Source of the DNA: an uncultured delta proteobacterium
GTDB taxonomy: Bacteria > Desulfobacterota > Binatia > UBA9968
Direction: 5' to 3'
Assembly (NCBI GenBank): GCA_963771465.1
Contig: CAVYTU010000011.1
Span: 96,001-160,000 of the forward strand
DNA length: 64,000 bases
This document shows positions 40,143 through 49,088 of this stretch, one piece after another; within the stretch, counting starts at the first letter, position 1, and every line of letters begins with the position of its first letter. Below the pieces are notes generated by a model. It saw nothing but the letters and a program-made list of their open reading frames with translations. It was not told where the DNA came from and did no database searches. The translations under genes and the position numbers were made by a program.

Positions 40143-41378
40143 TTACACGCCGCCCGGCATGAAGGCGCCTTCGGGCGGGACGCGCTGGGTATAGACCCAA
40201 GCCGGCATGCCGGTTTTCATGCCTTCGGCGGCCAGCGCGGTTTCGTAATTTTTACGAACCTGTGGGTCTTCGTCGACGTAAGAGATCGCGTTGCCGCCGT
40301 CGCGGGTATCGGTTGCGCCGAGATCGCTCGCGTCGGCGCCGGGCGCGCCGCCGCGGCGAAAGGCCGGGCCGTAGGGGCCGTCGAATACCAGCAAGCGCAA
40401 ACCTTCGGGATCGGTGCCGAAGTGTTGATGATACCAGTCGCCGCGCATCGGCGCCGCGCTGATCATGCCGACCGGCTCGTAGGTTTGTCTTCTCACTTTG
40501 TCGCCTTGACCGTTTTCCCAGGGCTTCATGCCGAGAGTTTCCGGCCAGGTCTGGCTGTAGCCCTTGCCCTTGATACAGACGAGGATCGCGCCGGAGGAAT
40601 GTTTGTGCGCTTTGGAATACTGGCCGGTTTGGTATTGGGCGATCTTCATATAAAAGTTTGCGCTGGCCATATGCGGTTCGATGCGCCGGTAGTCGAAGGC
40701 GCGCCGATTGTCGCGCGGCAGCTCACAGCTGAGAATATCGGGAATGATATTGGTCTTGCGCATGGCGAGACCGCGCACCGGGTCGGCGAAAACATCTTCC
40801 ACCGGCTTGAAGTATTCATTCGAACCGTCGAAGCGGTTGAGAAACTCGTAGGGACAGTTCATGACGAAGTCGGCGTCGCGCACCAGGTTCATAATCGTCG
40901 GCGCCGTGGTGGCGGAGAGTAAAAGCGCCGGCGATGAGGTCGCGTTGACGATTTGGTGCCAGGCGTTCAGCGGGATCGCGAAGAGCGAGCCGGGTCCCCA
41001 CTCGAAGGTAAGTTTTCTTGACTTGTCATGCCAGACTTCCGTGGTGCCGCGGCCTTCGACGACGTAGAAAACTTCTTCATAAATATGGCGCTCGGCGTTG
41101 AGCGCGCCGGCGCCCGGCACTTCGACGACGTAGAGGCCGTACATGCCTTCGGTGCCGAGAAGCTGGATCGCGATGCCCTTGCCGCCCAAGCGCTTCCACG
41201 GTTTGAGCGGCAGGTCTTGGACCTTGTGGACACCGATATCGCGGTGCACTTCCAGTCCCTGCGCTTCGATGAACAAGTCGTACGGCGACTGAGGATTTTT
41301 CCACTTGCCGAAGCCGGCTTTTTTACCTTGTTCAGGTTCTTTCCAGTCAAATAGTTTTGCATTGGGTTCAACGCCCAT
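40143..41378 (-). CDS. Bicupin protein (gentisate dioxygenase-like fold)
   Basis: ERHIYEE..GRG..PLNAWH and KAHKH..KGKG..WYHQHF. Confidence 0.8.
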   Translation of the reverse strand: MGVEPNAKLFDWKEPEQGKKAGFGKWKNPQSPYDLFIEAQGLEVHRDIGVHKVQDLPLKPWKRLGGKGIAIQLLGTEGMYGLYVVEVPGAGALNAERHIYEEVFYVVEGRGTTEVWHDKSRKLTFEWGPGSLFAIPLNAWHQIVNATSSPALLLSATTAPTIMNLVRDADFVMNCPYEFLNRFDGSNEYFKPVEDVFADPVRGLAMRKTNIIPDILSCELPRDNRRAFDYRRIEPHMASANFYMKIAQYQTGQYSKAHKHSSGAILVCIKGKGYSQTWPETLGMKPWENGQGDKVRRQTYEPVGMISAAPMRGDWYHQHFGTDPEGLRLLVFDGPYGPAFRRGGAPGADASDLGATDTRDGGNAISYVDEDPQVRKNYETALAAEGMKTGMPAWVYTQRVPPEGAFMPGGV

Positions 41379-41470
41379 ATTGTTTGATCTCCTTTCGCTA
41401 CGAGCTACAGAACAGAGTTGGTACCGTACTGAATCGACATTTCTTTTTCAACTTCACGCCATTCCAACAC

Positions 41471-42565
41471 TCAACTCCCGCCCAGAAGTTCTTTGACGCG
41501 TTGGATGATATCCGCCGGCTGATCGATGACTTCACGCGCGGAGGTTTCCAATTCGTCCGCAGGGATGTGATCGACTTCCCATTGTCGCTTCTTTGCTTCG
41601 TCCAAAAGCTCCGGCTCACGTAGCGCTTTGGCGTAAGCGTCGCGCAAGATTTTTACTCGGTCCGCCGGCACTCCCGCCGTCGCTACTGTGGGGAAGTTGC
41701 CGAAGTTGTCACCGCCAAGCAACACTAGCGCTACTCGGCGCTTCGCGTCCGACGGGCGATAACGATCCATCAGCTCGTAGATCGTCGGCACGTTGGCGAG
41801 CTTGGGGTTGCGCTTCGGCGGCGTCTGCAGCATGACTCGAAGAAATCCGCTTTTGACCCAACCCTGCATCGGGCCGCGGCCGAGAAACGCCGCGGTGGTG
41901 ACGCCGCGGCACTGTGTTTCGCCTCTTTCGAGAGCCAAATCTTGCTCTTGGCCGCCCTTGTAACCACTGATGATGTTGACTTTCAAGCCGAGTCCTTCTT
42001 CGAGAAGTTTTAGCGTCATGTAACTCGCCGAGCCGGGAGCCGTCGACGAACATTTCGGCGCGGTGCTGGCGTTGCGTATGTCGTCGAGCGATTTGTACGG
42101 CGCGTCGCCGCGCATAACAAACAGATATTCGTGGCGCGCCGAAGAGCCGATCCAGCTAAACTTACGCCAATCGAACTGCGCTTCCTTACGGCCCGCGAGT
42201 TGGTGAAAATAATGCGCTGCCGATACCGAACCCATGGTCAAGCCGTCGGGTTTGGCGACGCCGTAGACGTAATTCGCCGCGATCAAACCGCCGGCGCCGG
42301 GCATGTTCTGAACGATGATTTGCGGCTGTCCGGGAATATGCTTGGTCATTTGCCGCGTCAGCGAGCGCGACCACATATCGGTGGAATCGCCGGCCAGCAA
42401 GCCAACGACGTAGGTAATCGTCTTGCCGTGGTAAAAATCGCTCTGGGCGAATATTCCATTGGGACTTGCGAGAAATGCGACAACGAAGCCGACAACCCAT
42501 GGGATAGTACGGTAGCAACGTGGTTTTTGCCGTTTCGAGAAAATGACATCATGTGACATAAACAT
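41471..42565 (-). CDS. TctC/Bug-like TTT receptor (two-Cys subgroup)
   Basis: VQNMPGAGG, KPDGLT, PKCS, GETQCR. Confidence 0.87.
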   Translation of the reverse strand: MFMSHDVIFSKRQKPRCYRTIPWVVGFVVAFLASPNGIFAQSDFYHGKTITYVVGLLAGDSTDMWSRSLTRQMTKHIPGQPQIIVQNMPGAGGLIAANYVYGVAKPDGLTMGSVSAAHYFHQLAGRKEAQFDWRKFSWIGSSARHEYLFVMRGDAPYKSLDDIRNASTAPKCSSTAPGSASYMTLKLLEEGLGLKVNIISGYKGGQEQDLALERGETQCRGVTTAAFLGRGPMQGWVKSGFLRVMLQTPPKRNPKLANVPTIYELMDRYRPSDAKRRVALVLLGGDNFGNFPTVATAGVPADRVKILRDAYAKALREPELLDEAKKRQWEVDHIPADELETSAREVIDQPADIIQRVKELLGGS

Positions 42566-42756
42566 GCTCCGACCTTATCCGATATCCATGGTTTCAATCA
42601 ACGTTTGGAGATGACGCCGCCGCCCATTGGCCGATTATTTTTGTTAATACTCAATCACGCGGTAAGTGTGGCCGAAACTATTACGAAGCTCTAGTGAATT
42701 CAATTCTTATCCTTGAAGCGTAGATCTCTGTGTCCATGGGCGACGGGCAATGCGCG

Positions 42757-43806
42757 TCACTGCAAAATCTCCTTCACTCGCTTGATAATCTCCGGCGGTT
42801 GGGTGACGGCGCGTTCGATGCGTTTTTGCAATTGCTCGCCGCCCATGGAGCTGCCCTCCCAGTCGACGAGTTTTTTCGCGTCGGCGCTGAAACCGGGATC
42901 GACGAGCATTTTCATGAACGCTTCACGCAATGTTTTAAGGTGCTCGATCGGAGTTCCTGGGGGCGCGGCGAAGGGACGGTCGAATTCGGTGTAGGCGAGC
43001 ATGACGTCCATCAAATTCAACACCGGCTTTGCCTGCGGCGTTACAAGTTCGTCAACAGTCGGCAGATCCTGCGGCAGCACGCGACTTTTTTTCGGACCTT
43101 GCTGCACGACGAAATTCATATAGCGCTTCTCCAGCCATTCGGGCCACGGCGATCGTAACACCGTGATGTCGGAGCTGGCGCGGCAGTCGGCTTCGCCGCG
43201 CTCCAGCGCGAGATCGATTTCCCGGCCGGATTTGTAGCCCATGACGTTTTGAAACTTAATGTTGAGCGCTTCTTCAACCAGGCTGCTGAAAATAAAGCTG
43301 ATGCTGCCGCTACCGCCCTGGGCAATACGCGGTGGTTTGGCCGCGGCGCGAATCTTGTCGGGGCTCGTCAATCCGGTGTCAGCTCGGCAGGCGAGCATCA
43401 TAGGCGCGTTGTTGAAACTACCGATCCAAGAAAACTTACGAAAATCGAAGCGGACTTCAGGTTTCCCGACCATTTGCTCCAGGTAATTGCCGCGGCCCAG
43501 GGCCGCGATGGTGAGGCCATCGCGCTTGGCGACGCCGTAGAGAAAATTCGCCGCGATGATACCGCTTGCGCCCGGCATGTTTTGCACGATCATCACTGGG
43601 TTGCCGGGAATATGCTTGCCGAGATAGCGGCCGACCAAGCGAGCCGAGTTATCGGTCACGCCGCCAGGCGCGAAGGCAACGAGGAGCTGAATCGTCTTGC
43701 CCTCGTAGTAGGGTCGCGCATTCGTGCTCGCCGCGTTGGCTTGTGCTGGAGCGATGGTGCACAGAAGAACGACCGACAAACGATTCAACTTCCTAAATAT
43801 TCGCAT
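42757..43806 (-). CDS. TctC/Bug-like TTT receptor
   Basis: YYEGKTI, FAPGGVTD, VQNMPGASG, GEADCR. Confidence 0.88.
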   Translation of the reverse strand: MRIFRKLNRLSVVLLCTIAPAQANAASTNARPYYEGKTIQLLVAFAPGGVTDNSARLVGRYLGKHIPGNPVMIVQNMPGASGIIAANFLYGVAKRDGLTIAALGRGNYLEQMVGKPEVRFDFRKFSWIGSFNNAPMMLACRADTGLTSPDKIRAAAKPPRIAQGGSGSISFIFSSLVEEALNIKFQNVMGYKSGREIDLALERGEADCRASSDITVLRSPWPEWLEKRYMNFVVQQGPKKSRVLPQDLPTVDELVTPQAKPVLNLMDVMLAYTEFDRPFAAPPGTPIEHLKTLREAFMKMLVDPGFSADAKKLVDWEGSSMGGEQLQKRIERAVTQPPEIIKRVKEILQ

Positions 43807-43854
43807 AACCGACTCTCTTTCGCGCCTTAAAGGCGCCGCCGGCCGTTGTCTAAT

Positions 43855-44898
43855 CTAATTGCCGCCCAGAAGCTCTTTGACTCTGCCGATTAGCTGCGGC
43901 GGTTGATCGATGACTTCCTTAGACAACTTTTGTAACTCGTCGCCGGCTATGTGTTCGACGCTCCAGTTGCGTCGTTTGGCTTCCTCAAGCAAGTCGGGGT
44001 CCTTCAGCGCGCGACTGTAAGCGTCGCGGAGAATTTGCAGACGATCCTGTGGCACGCCGGGCGGCGCCACCGCGAGGTATTGACCGAAGTAATCGGCGCC
44101 GAGCAGGACCGAAACGATGCGCTGCTTGGGCTCTGGAGTTTGATAACGGGTCATCAGCTCGTAGATCGTCGGCACATCGGGGAGAAGGGGACTGCGTTTG
44201 CGCGGGCTTTGTACCAGGACGCGGATGAAGCCATTCTTTTGCCAGGAGATAAACGGCTCGCGGGCATGGAACGATGAGGCGGACACCGACCGGCATTGTA
44301 CTTCACCGCGCTCGATGGCGAGGTCTTGATCGCTGCCGCTCTTGTAGCCGGTGACGATGCGGAATTTCGCGCCCAACGCGTCATCCAAGAGCCTCAGGTT
44401 AATATGCCCGCTCGATCCCGGCGCCGTGGCGGAACACTTGGGCGGCTCGCTGGCGGCTCGGATATCTTCGATGGACTTATACGGCGTATCGGTGCGCATC
44501 ATCAGCAACGCCTCCACTTTGCCCGCGGCGCCGATCCAACTGAACTTGCGCCAATCGAATTGGACCTCGCGTCGGCCCGTGAGCTGTTGAAAATAGAGAC
44601 CGGCGGAAATTTGTCCGATGGTCAGGCCGTCCGGTTTTGGGACGCGATAAAGATAATTCGCCGCGATCATGGAACCGCCCCCAGCCATGTTTTGTGCAAT
44701 GACATTGGGATTGCCCGGGATAAATTTAACCAGACTGCGTGTCAACGCGCGCGCCCAAAGATCGTTGACATCGCCCGCGGCCATGTTGATGATAAACGTA
44801 ATGGTCTTGCCGCGATAGAAGTCGGTTTGAGCTATCGCAGTGCCATGCGCGAGAACCGTTGTTAACGCCAATAGAAGCAGTGCAATTAGATTCTTCAT
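43855..44898 (-). CDS. TctC/Bug-like TTT receptor (two-Cys subgroup)
   Basis: MKNLIALL signal, FYRGKTI, PKCS, GEVQCR. Confidence 0.87.
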   Translation of the reverse strand: MKNLIALLLLALTTVLAHGTAIAQTDFYRGKTITFIINMAAGDVNDLWARALTRSLVKFIPGNPNVIAQNMAGGGSMIAANYLYRVPKPDGLTIGQISAGLYFQQLTGRREVQFDWRKFSWIGAAGKVEALLMMRTDTPYKSIEDIRAASEPPKCSATAPGSSGHINLRLLDDALGAKFRIVTGYKSGSDQDLAIERGEVQCRSVSASSFHAREPFISWQKNGFIRVLVQSPRKRSPLLPDVPTIYELMTRYQTPEPKQRIVSVLLGADYFGQYLAVAPPGVPQDRLQILRDAYSRALKDPDLLEEAKRRNWSVEHIAGDELQKLSKEVIDQPPQLIGRVKELLGGN

Positions 44899-44912
44899 TT
44901 TTGTTGAAACCC

Positions 44913-45641
44913 TTATCGAACCGGCAATGCCGGCCAAGTTGACAGTAGTTTGCCGAATCCGCTGAGTGGATGTTTCAGTCCGAGCTTTGACAGCATATAC
45001 CAATTCATCGCTGGATTGCTCGCGACCACGGGCAAGTTCAATTCACGCTCCATCTGCTCCAAACAATCCATCGGGTCAAGCACCGCGCCTTGGAAATAAA
45101 TCGCGTCGACTTGGCTTTGCTCGGCCATCGCCCGGCGCGCGTAGGCGATGACATCGTCGGGCGTCATTTTAAGCGCGTCGGTGTAGTGTTGCAAAATTTC
45201 GGCGGGCGAGGTGGTAACGATGTCGAATTGGGCGAGAAAATCGCGAATGAGTTGATTCAATGATGCGTCGAACGGAGTCAGCAGCAGAATTCGTTTAGCA
45301 GAAAAAGTTTTGAGCGCTGCCGCGGATGACCGCAGTGCCGTCGCTACGGGAATCTTGAGCGCCGAGGAAAATGCGCCAAACAAGGCAGGGTTCAAAACCT
45401 CGCGCGGCGCGCCGGGAAATATCAGGCCGTCCAGCCTTTGCTTTTGAGCGAACTGCGCGGCGCGGCCGACGATCAAGTCCAGCTTGCCTTGGACGTCGTT
45501 CAACACGCCATCGTGCAGCACCAGCTGCTCGTAGAGAACTTCGACATTGGCTGGAACCAGATTGAGAAACTTTTTGATATGCGAGCTCGACGGCACGCTC
45601 GGACCAAGCCAGCCGATTCTCACTTGTTGATTGTCAGACAT
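44913..45641 (-). CDS. Asp/Glu racemase / maleate isomerase / arylmalonate decarboxylase-like protein
   Basis: RIGWLGPS, IPVATA, KRILLLTPF, LEQMERELNLPVVASNPAM, GFGKLL. Confidence 0.8.
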   Translation of the reverse strand: MSDNQQVRIGWLGPSVPSSSHIKKFLNLVPANVEVLYEQLVLHDGVLNDVQGKLDLIVGRAAQFAQKQRLDGLIFPGAPREVLNPALFGAFSSALKIPVATALRSSAAALKTFSAKRILLLTPFDASLNQLIRDFLAQFDIVTTSPAEILQHYTDALKMTPDDVIAYARRAMAEQSQVDAIYFQGAVLDPMDCLEQMERELNLPVVASNPAMNWYMLSKLGLKHPLSGFGKLLSTWPALPVR

Positions 45642-45772
45642 TGACGCTCCATAAGCACAGCCGCTACGCGGGTGGAATTAATATGGATCCTGCACCGTCT
45701 CTTCATACAAGGCATCACTATACTATCTTTAACCTCGCTGGAAATTGGCCAACCGGCGGTTCATTTGTGGCA

Positions 45773-46876
45773 CTAAGCCTGCCCCCAGACTTTAACAGCC
45801 GTATCGACTACCAACTTGAGTTTTTGCCACTGCTCCGCTTCCGTGAGCAAGTTTCCTTCCATCGTCGAGGCGAAGCCGCATTGCGGACTGATGGCGAGAT
45901 TCTCCAACGGCACATACTTGCTGGCTTCGTCGACGCGCTTGGCGAGATCGTCCGCTGACTCCATTTCCACCACCTTGCTGCTGACGAGGCCGAGAACCAC
46001 GGTCTTGCCGCGCGGCACGAAGCGCAGCGGTTCGAAAGTGCCGGCGCGCGGCGACTCGTATTCGAGCAGAAACGCGTCGACCTGCAACTGACCGAACAGT
46101 TTTTCGGCGATGGCATCGTAGCCGCCTTCAGCGTACCACTGGCTGCGGTTATTGCCGCGGCACAGATGAATCGCCAAGATCAAGCCGTCGCGCTGTGCGC
46201 CTTCCAGACAAGCATTGTCGGCGCGGATTGCTTCGTCGAGGGCTCGGTCAGGATCGACGCCCGTTTCGCTCTTAATATAATTGCGCCACTTGGGATCGAT
46301 GTAATAGCTGTAGCGCGGAGCATCGATCTGGATGTAGTGCGCGCCATCGTTCGACAAGGCGTGAATCTCCGCCTTGATGATCGGTACGATATCCCAAAGA
46401 AAGGCGGAATGGTCGGGATAGACTTTATCGCTGACACCTGACTTGAAGTAAATCGCCGGAAATTGATTAGCTGTCGGCAGCGTGACTTTGATGTCTCCGG
46501 GATTGTGTTGCTTGAGGAAGGCAAACTCATGTTCGGTCAGGCGCCGGGTTTGTTTGATCTTGCCGACAACCGTGCCGGGTACCATCGAAGGGCGAGGTGA
46601 TGGCCCGGCGCCGGTTTGCCAAGTGCGTGGAACCGCCACACCTTCTTCGATTCCTTCCACGGCGTCGTTGAAGTCGCTCATGAAGTTGCCGCGGCGGAAT
46701 TCGCCGTCGGTGAAAATTTTGAAACCGAGTTCCTTCTGCCGTTCGACCGCCTGTAGAATGTACTTGTCTTCGAGCGCGTTCAGCTGCGCGTAGCCGATCT
46801 GCTCACTCCGCGCTTGTAAAAGCTCTGCCGGCCGAAGCAGGCTGCCAATATGATCTGCGCGATATTTGGCTGCCAT
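45773..46876 (-). CDS. Cobalamin-independent methionine synthase II family (single-barrel MetE-like) protein
   Basis: RADHIGSLLRP, TDGEFRR, HLCRGN, LEY, SPQCGFAS. Confidence 0.9.
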   Translation of the reverse strand: MAAKYRADHIGSLLRPAELLQARSEQIGYAQLNALEDKYILQAVERQKELGFKIFTDGEFRRGNFMSDFNDAVEGIEEGVAVPRTWQTGAGPSPRPSMVPGTVVGKIKQTRRLTEHEFAFLKQHNPGDIKVTLPTANQFPAIYFKSGVSDKVYPDHSAFLWDIVPIIKAEIHALSNDGAHYIQIDAPRYSYYIDPKWRNYIKSETGVDPDRALDEAIRADNACLEGAQRDGLILAIHLCRGNNRSQWYAEGGYDAIAEKLFGQLQVDAFLLEYESPRAGTFEPLRFVPRGKTVVLGLVSSKVVEMESADDLAKRVDEASKYVPLENLAISPQCGFASTMEGNLLTEAEQWQKLKLVVDTAVKVWGQA

Positions 46877-46890
46877 AAAATCTCCTTAGG

Positions 46891-46968
46891 AATGGAGTGA
46901 TAGAATGTTGGAACAATGGAGTATTGGGATTAGACAGCCCCGACCACTCCAGTACTCCATCTCTCCAG
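46891..46968. repeat. Octamer repeat palindrome (TGGAGTAA / TACTCCA)
   Basis: aatggagtgatagaatgttggaacaatggagtattgg facing cactccagtactccatctctccag. Confidence 0.7.
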
Positions 46969-46980
46969 TTTTCATCGACT

Positions 46981-48048
46981 CTATTCCATCAATAACTTCT
47001 TCAGCCGTTGGACGACTTCAGGTGGCTGCGTGATCACTTCCTTCGCCAGCGCTGATAGCTCTTCGCCGCCGACCGCTTCCACCGGCCAGCTGCGCTTCTT
47101 CGCTTCGGCGAGTAGCTCGGGATCTTTCATGGTCTTGCTCCAACCGTCACGCAAAATTTTTAATCGATCGGCGGGCATTTTTGGCGGTGCTATCCACGGC
47201 CGTCCGAACTCATTGGGCGCCATTACCAGCGTTGCGAGCCGCCGGTCGGCATCGCGGACTTTGTATCGCTCCATCAGCTCGATCAGAGTCGGTGTATCCG
47301 GGAGCGACGAATCGCGTTTGCGACCCGTCTGAACGAACGGACGGGTAAAGCCTTTCTTGAACCAACTGATGTGCGGTTCGCGGCCAAAAAATGCCGCGAT
47401 GGTGATCACGCGGCAGTGCAACTCGCCGCGTTCAAGGGCGAGATCGATGTCCGGCGCGCCTTGGTAGCCCGTGATGATATTAAATTTCACGCCAAAGATT
47501 TCTTCCATGAGCTTGGGCGTGTGGTAGGTAATCGAGCCCGTGCCCGTGGAGCCGCATTTGGGCGGCTCGGCAGCTTTGCGCAGATCGTCGATGGTTTTAT
47601 ACGGCGTATCGCTGCGAAACAGAACTGCCAATTCGGTTTGCTCCGGCGTGCCGAGCCAGTTGAATTGCGCCCAATCGAACTGCACCTCGTTTCGGCCGAT
47701 CAGTTGGTCTATATAGAGTCCCGGGTTGATCGAGCCGAGAGTGAGCCCGTCGGGTTTGGCAACATTATAAATGTGATTCGCTGCGATCACCGAGCCCGCG
47801 CCGGGCATGTTTTGTACCATCATGCTCGGATTGCCGGGAATATGTTTGCCCAAGTAGGTTGCGATGTGGCGCGTCCACAAATCGTAAAGGTCGCCAGGCT
47901 GCCCGCCGCGGATAACGCGGACGGTTTTGCCTTGGAAAAAGTTCGACTGGGCATTTACTAATTGGGGTGATGGGAGGCTCGCAGCGATGGCAATGACCAC
48001 CGCCGCGATAGAAATAACTCGGGAAGCTTTCAACATGTGCGAATTCAC
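46981..48048 (-). CDS. TctC/Bug-like TTT receptor (two-Cys subgroup)
   Basis: FFQGKTV, VQNMPGAG, PKCGS, GELHCR. Confidence 0.88.
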   Translation of the reverse strand: MNSHMLKASRVISIAAVVIAIAASLPSPQLVNAQSNFFQGKTVRVIRGGQPGDLYDLWTRHIATYLGKHIPGNPSMMVQNMPGAGSVIAANHIYNVAKPDGLTLGSINPGLYIDQLIGRNEVQFDWAQFNWLGTPEQTELAVLFRSDTPYKTIDDLRKAAEPPKCGSTGTGSITYHTPKLMEEIFGVKFNIITGYQGAPDIDLALERGELHCRVITIAAFFGREPHISWFKKGFTRPFVQTGRKRDSSLPDTPTLIELMERYKVRDADRRLATLVMAPNEFGRPWIAPPKMPADRLKILRDGWSKTMKDPELLAEAKKRSWPVEAVGGEELSALAKEVITQPPEVVQRLKKLLME

Positions 48049-48061
48049 TTGGCCGGCTCGA

Positions 48062-48988
48062 TCAATTACCTAAGGATTTCTTGATGTAATTGTATGCCGC
48101 GATCGCCGCGGTGGCGCCGTCGCCGGCGGAGGTGATCGCTTGGCGCGCCGAATCTTGGCGAATATCGCCGACGGCGTAAAGGCCGTCGCGCGCCGTCTTC
48201 ATCCAGGTGTCGGTCGGAACATGGCCGGTGTCGCTGAGCTTTACGAGTTTCTGCAACAGCGCCGTGTTCGGTTGCAAGCCAACATAAATAAAAATGCCTG
48301 CCAATTTGACTTCAGATATTACTCCGGACGCTAAGTCACGCACGCGCGCGCCAGCGACGACTTCGTCGCCCAACACTTCTTCAATGACCGTTTGGTGACG
48401 CGGCGTGATCTTCGCGTTGTCTAACACTCGTTGCACATAAGTCTGCTGCGCGGAAAACGATTCGCCCTGATGGAAGAGCAAAATTTTCTCGACGTAATTG
48501 GTCAGCGTGAGCGCTTCCTGCAGCGCCGAATCGCCGCCGCCGACCACGCCGACGGTTTGACCGTTATACAATGGCCCGTCGCAGCTGGCGCAGTGGCTGA
48601 CACCGCGGCCCATGAGTTTCTCTTCGCCAGGGACGCCCACATGCTTGAGCATCGAGCCGGTGGCAACGATTACTGTTTTGGCACGATGTTGCTCTTCGTC
48701 AGTAACGACCGACCAGATATTTTCTTGTGCTTCGAGGCGCACGACTTCGGCGCGCTGAAATTCGGCGCCGTAGTCGGAAGCTTGGCGTTGCAGGTTCGGG
48801 CAAAGATCGTAGCCGGTGATTGCGTCAGGGAAGCCGGGAAAGTCTTCGATCTTCTCGATGCTGATCAAATGGCCGCCGGGAATATTCGATTCCATAACCA
48901 GCGTCGCCAGACCGTGTCGCGCAGAGAATAGACCGGCGGTTAAGCCGGCGAGTCCCGAGCCGACGATTATTACGTCGTAGTCTGCCAT
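48062..48988 (-). CDS. trxB: Thioredoxin-disulfide reductase
   Basis: GSGLAG, GRGVSHCASCDG, GGGDSALQEA, AVGDIR, AGDGATAA. Confidence 0.9.
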   Translation of the reverse strand: MADYDVIIVGSGLAGLTAGLFSARHGLATLVMESNIPGGHLISIEKIEDFPGFPDAITGYDLCPNLQRQASDYGAEFQRAEVVRLEAQENIWSVVTDEEQHRAKTVIVATGSMLKHVGVPGEEKLMGRGVSHCASCDGPLYNGQTVGVVGGGDSALQEALTLTNYVEKILLFHQGESFSAQQTYVQRVLDNAKITPRHQTVIEEVLGDEVVAGARVRDLASGVISEVKLAGIFIYVGLQPNTALLQKLVKLSDTGHVPTDTWMKTARDGLYAVGDIRQDSARQAITSAGDGATAAIAAYNYIKKSLGN

Positions 48989-49022
48989 ATCGCTTAGCTG
49001 TTTTAAGTTTCGCTTATTGAAG

Positions 49023-49079
49023 CGGAGTGATGGAGTAATGGAGCGTTGGGTTTCGGAAGCACTACTCCATTACTCCAGT
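49023..49079. repeat. Octamer repeat palindrome, same family as 46891
   Basis: cggagtgatggagtaatggagcgttggg facing cactactccattactccag. Confidence 0.7.
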
Positions 49080-49088
49080 TCGTTTACG

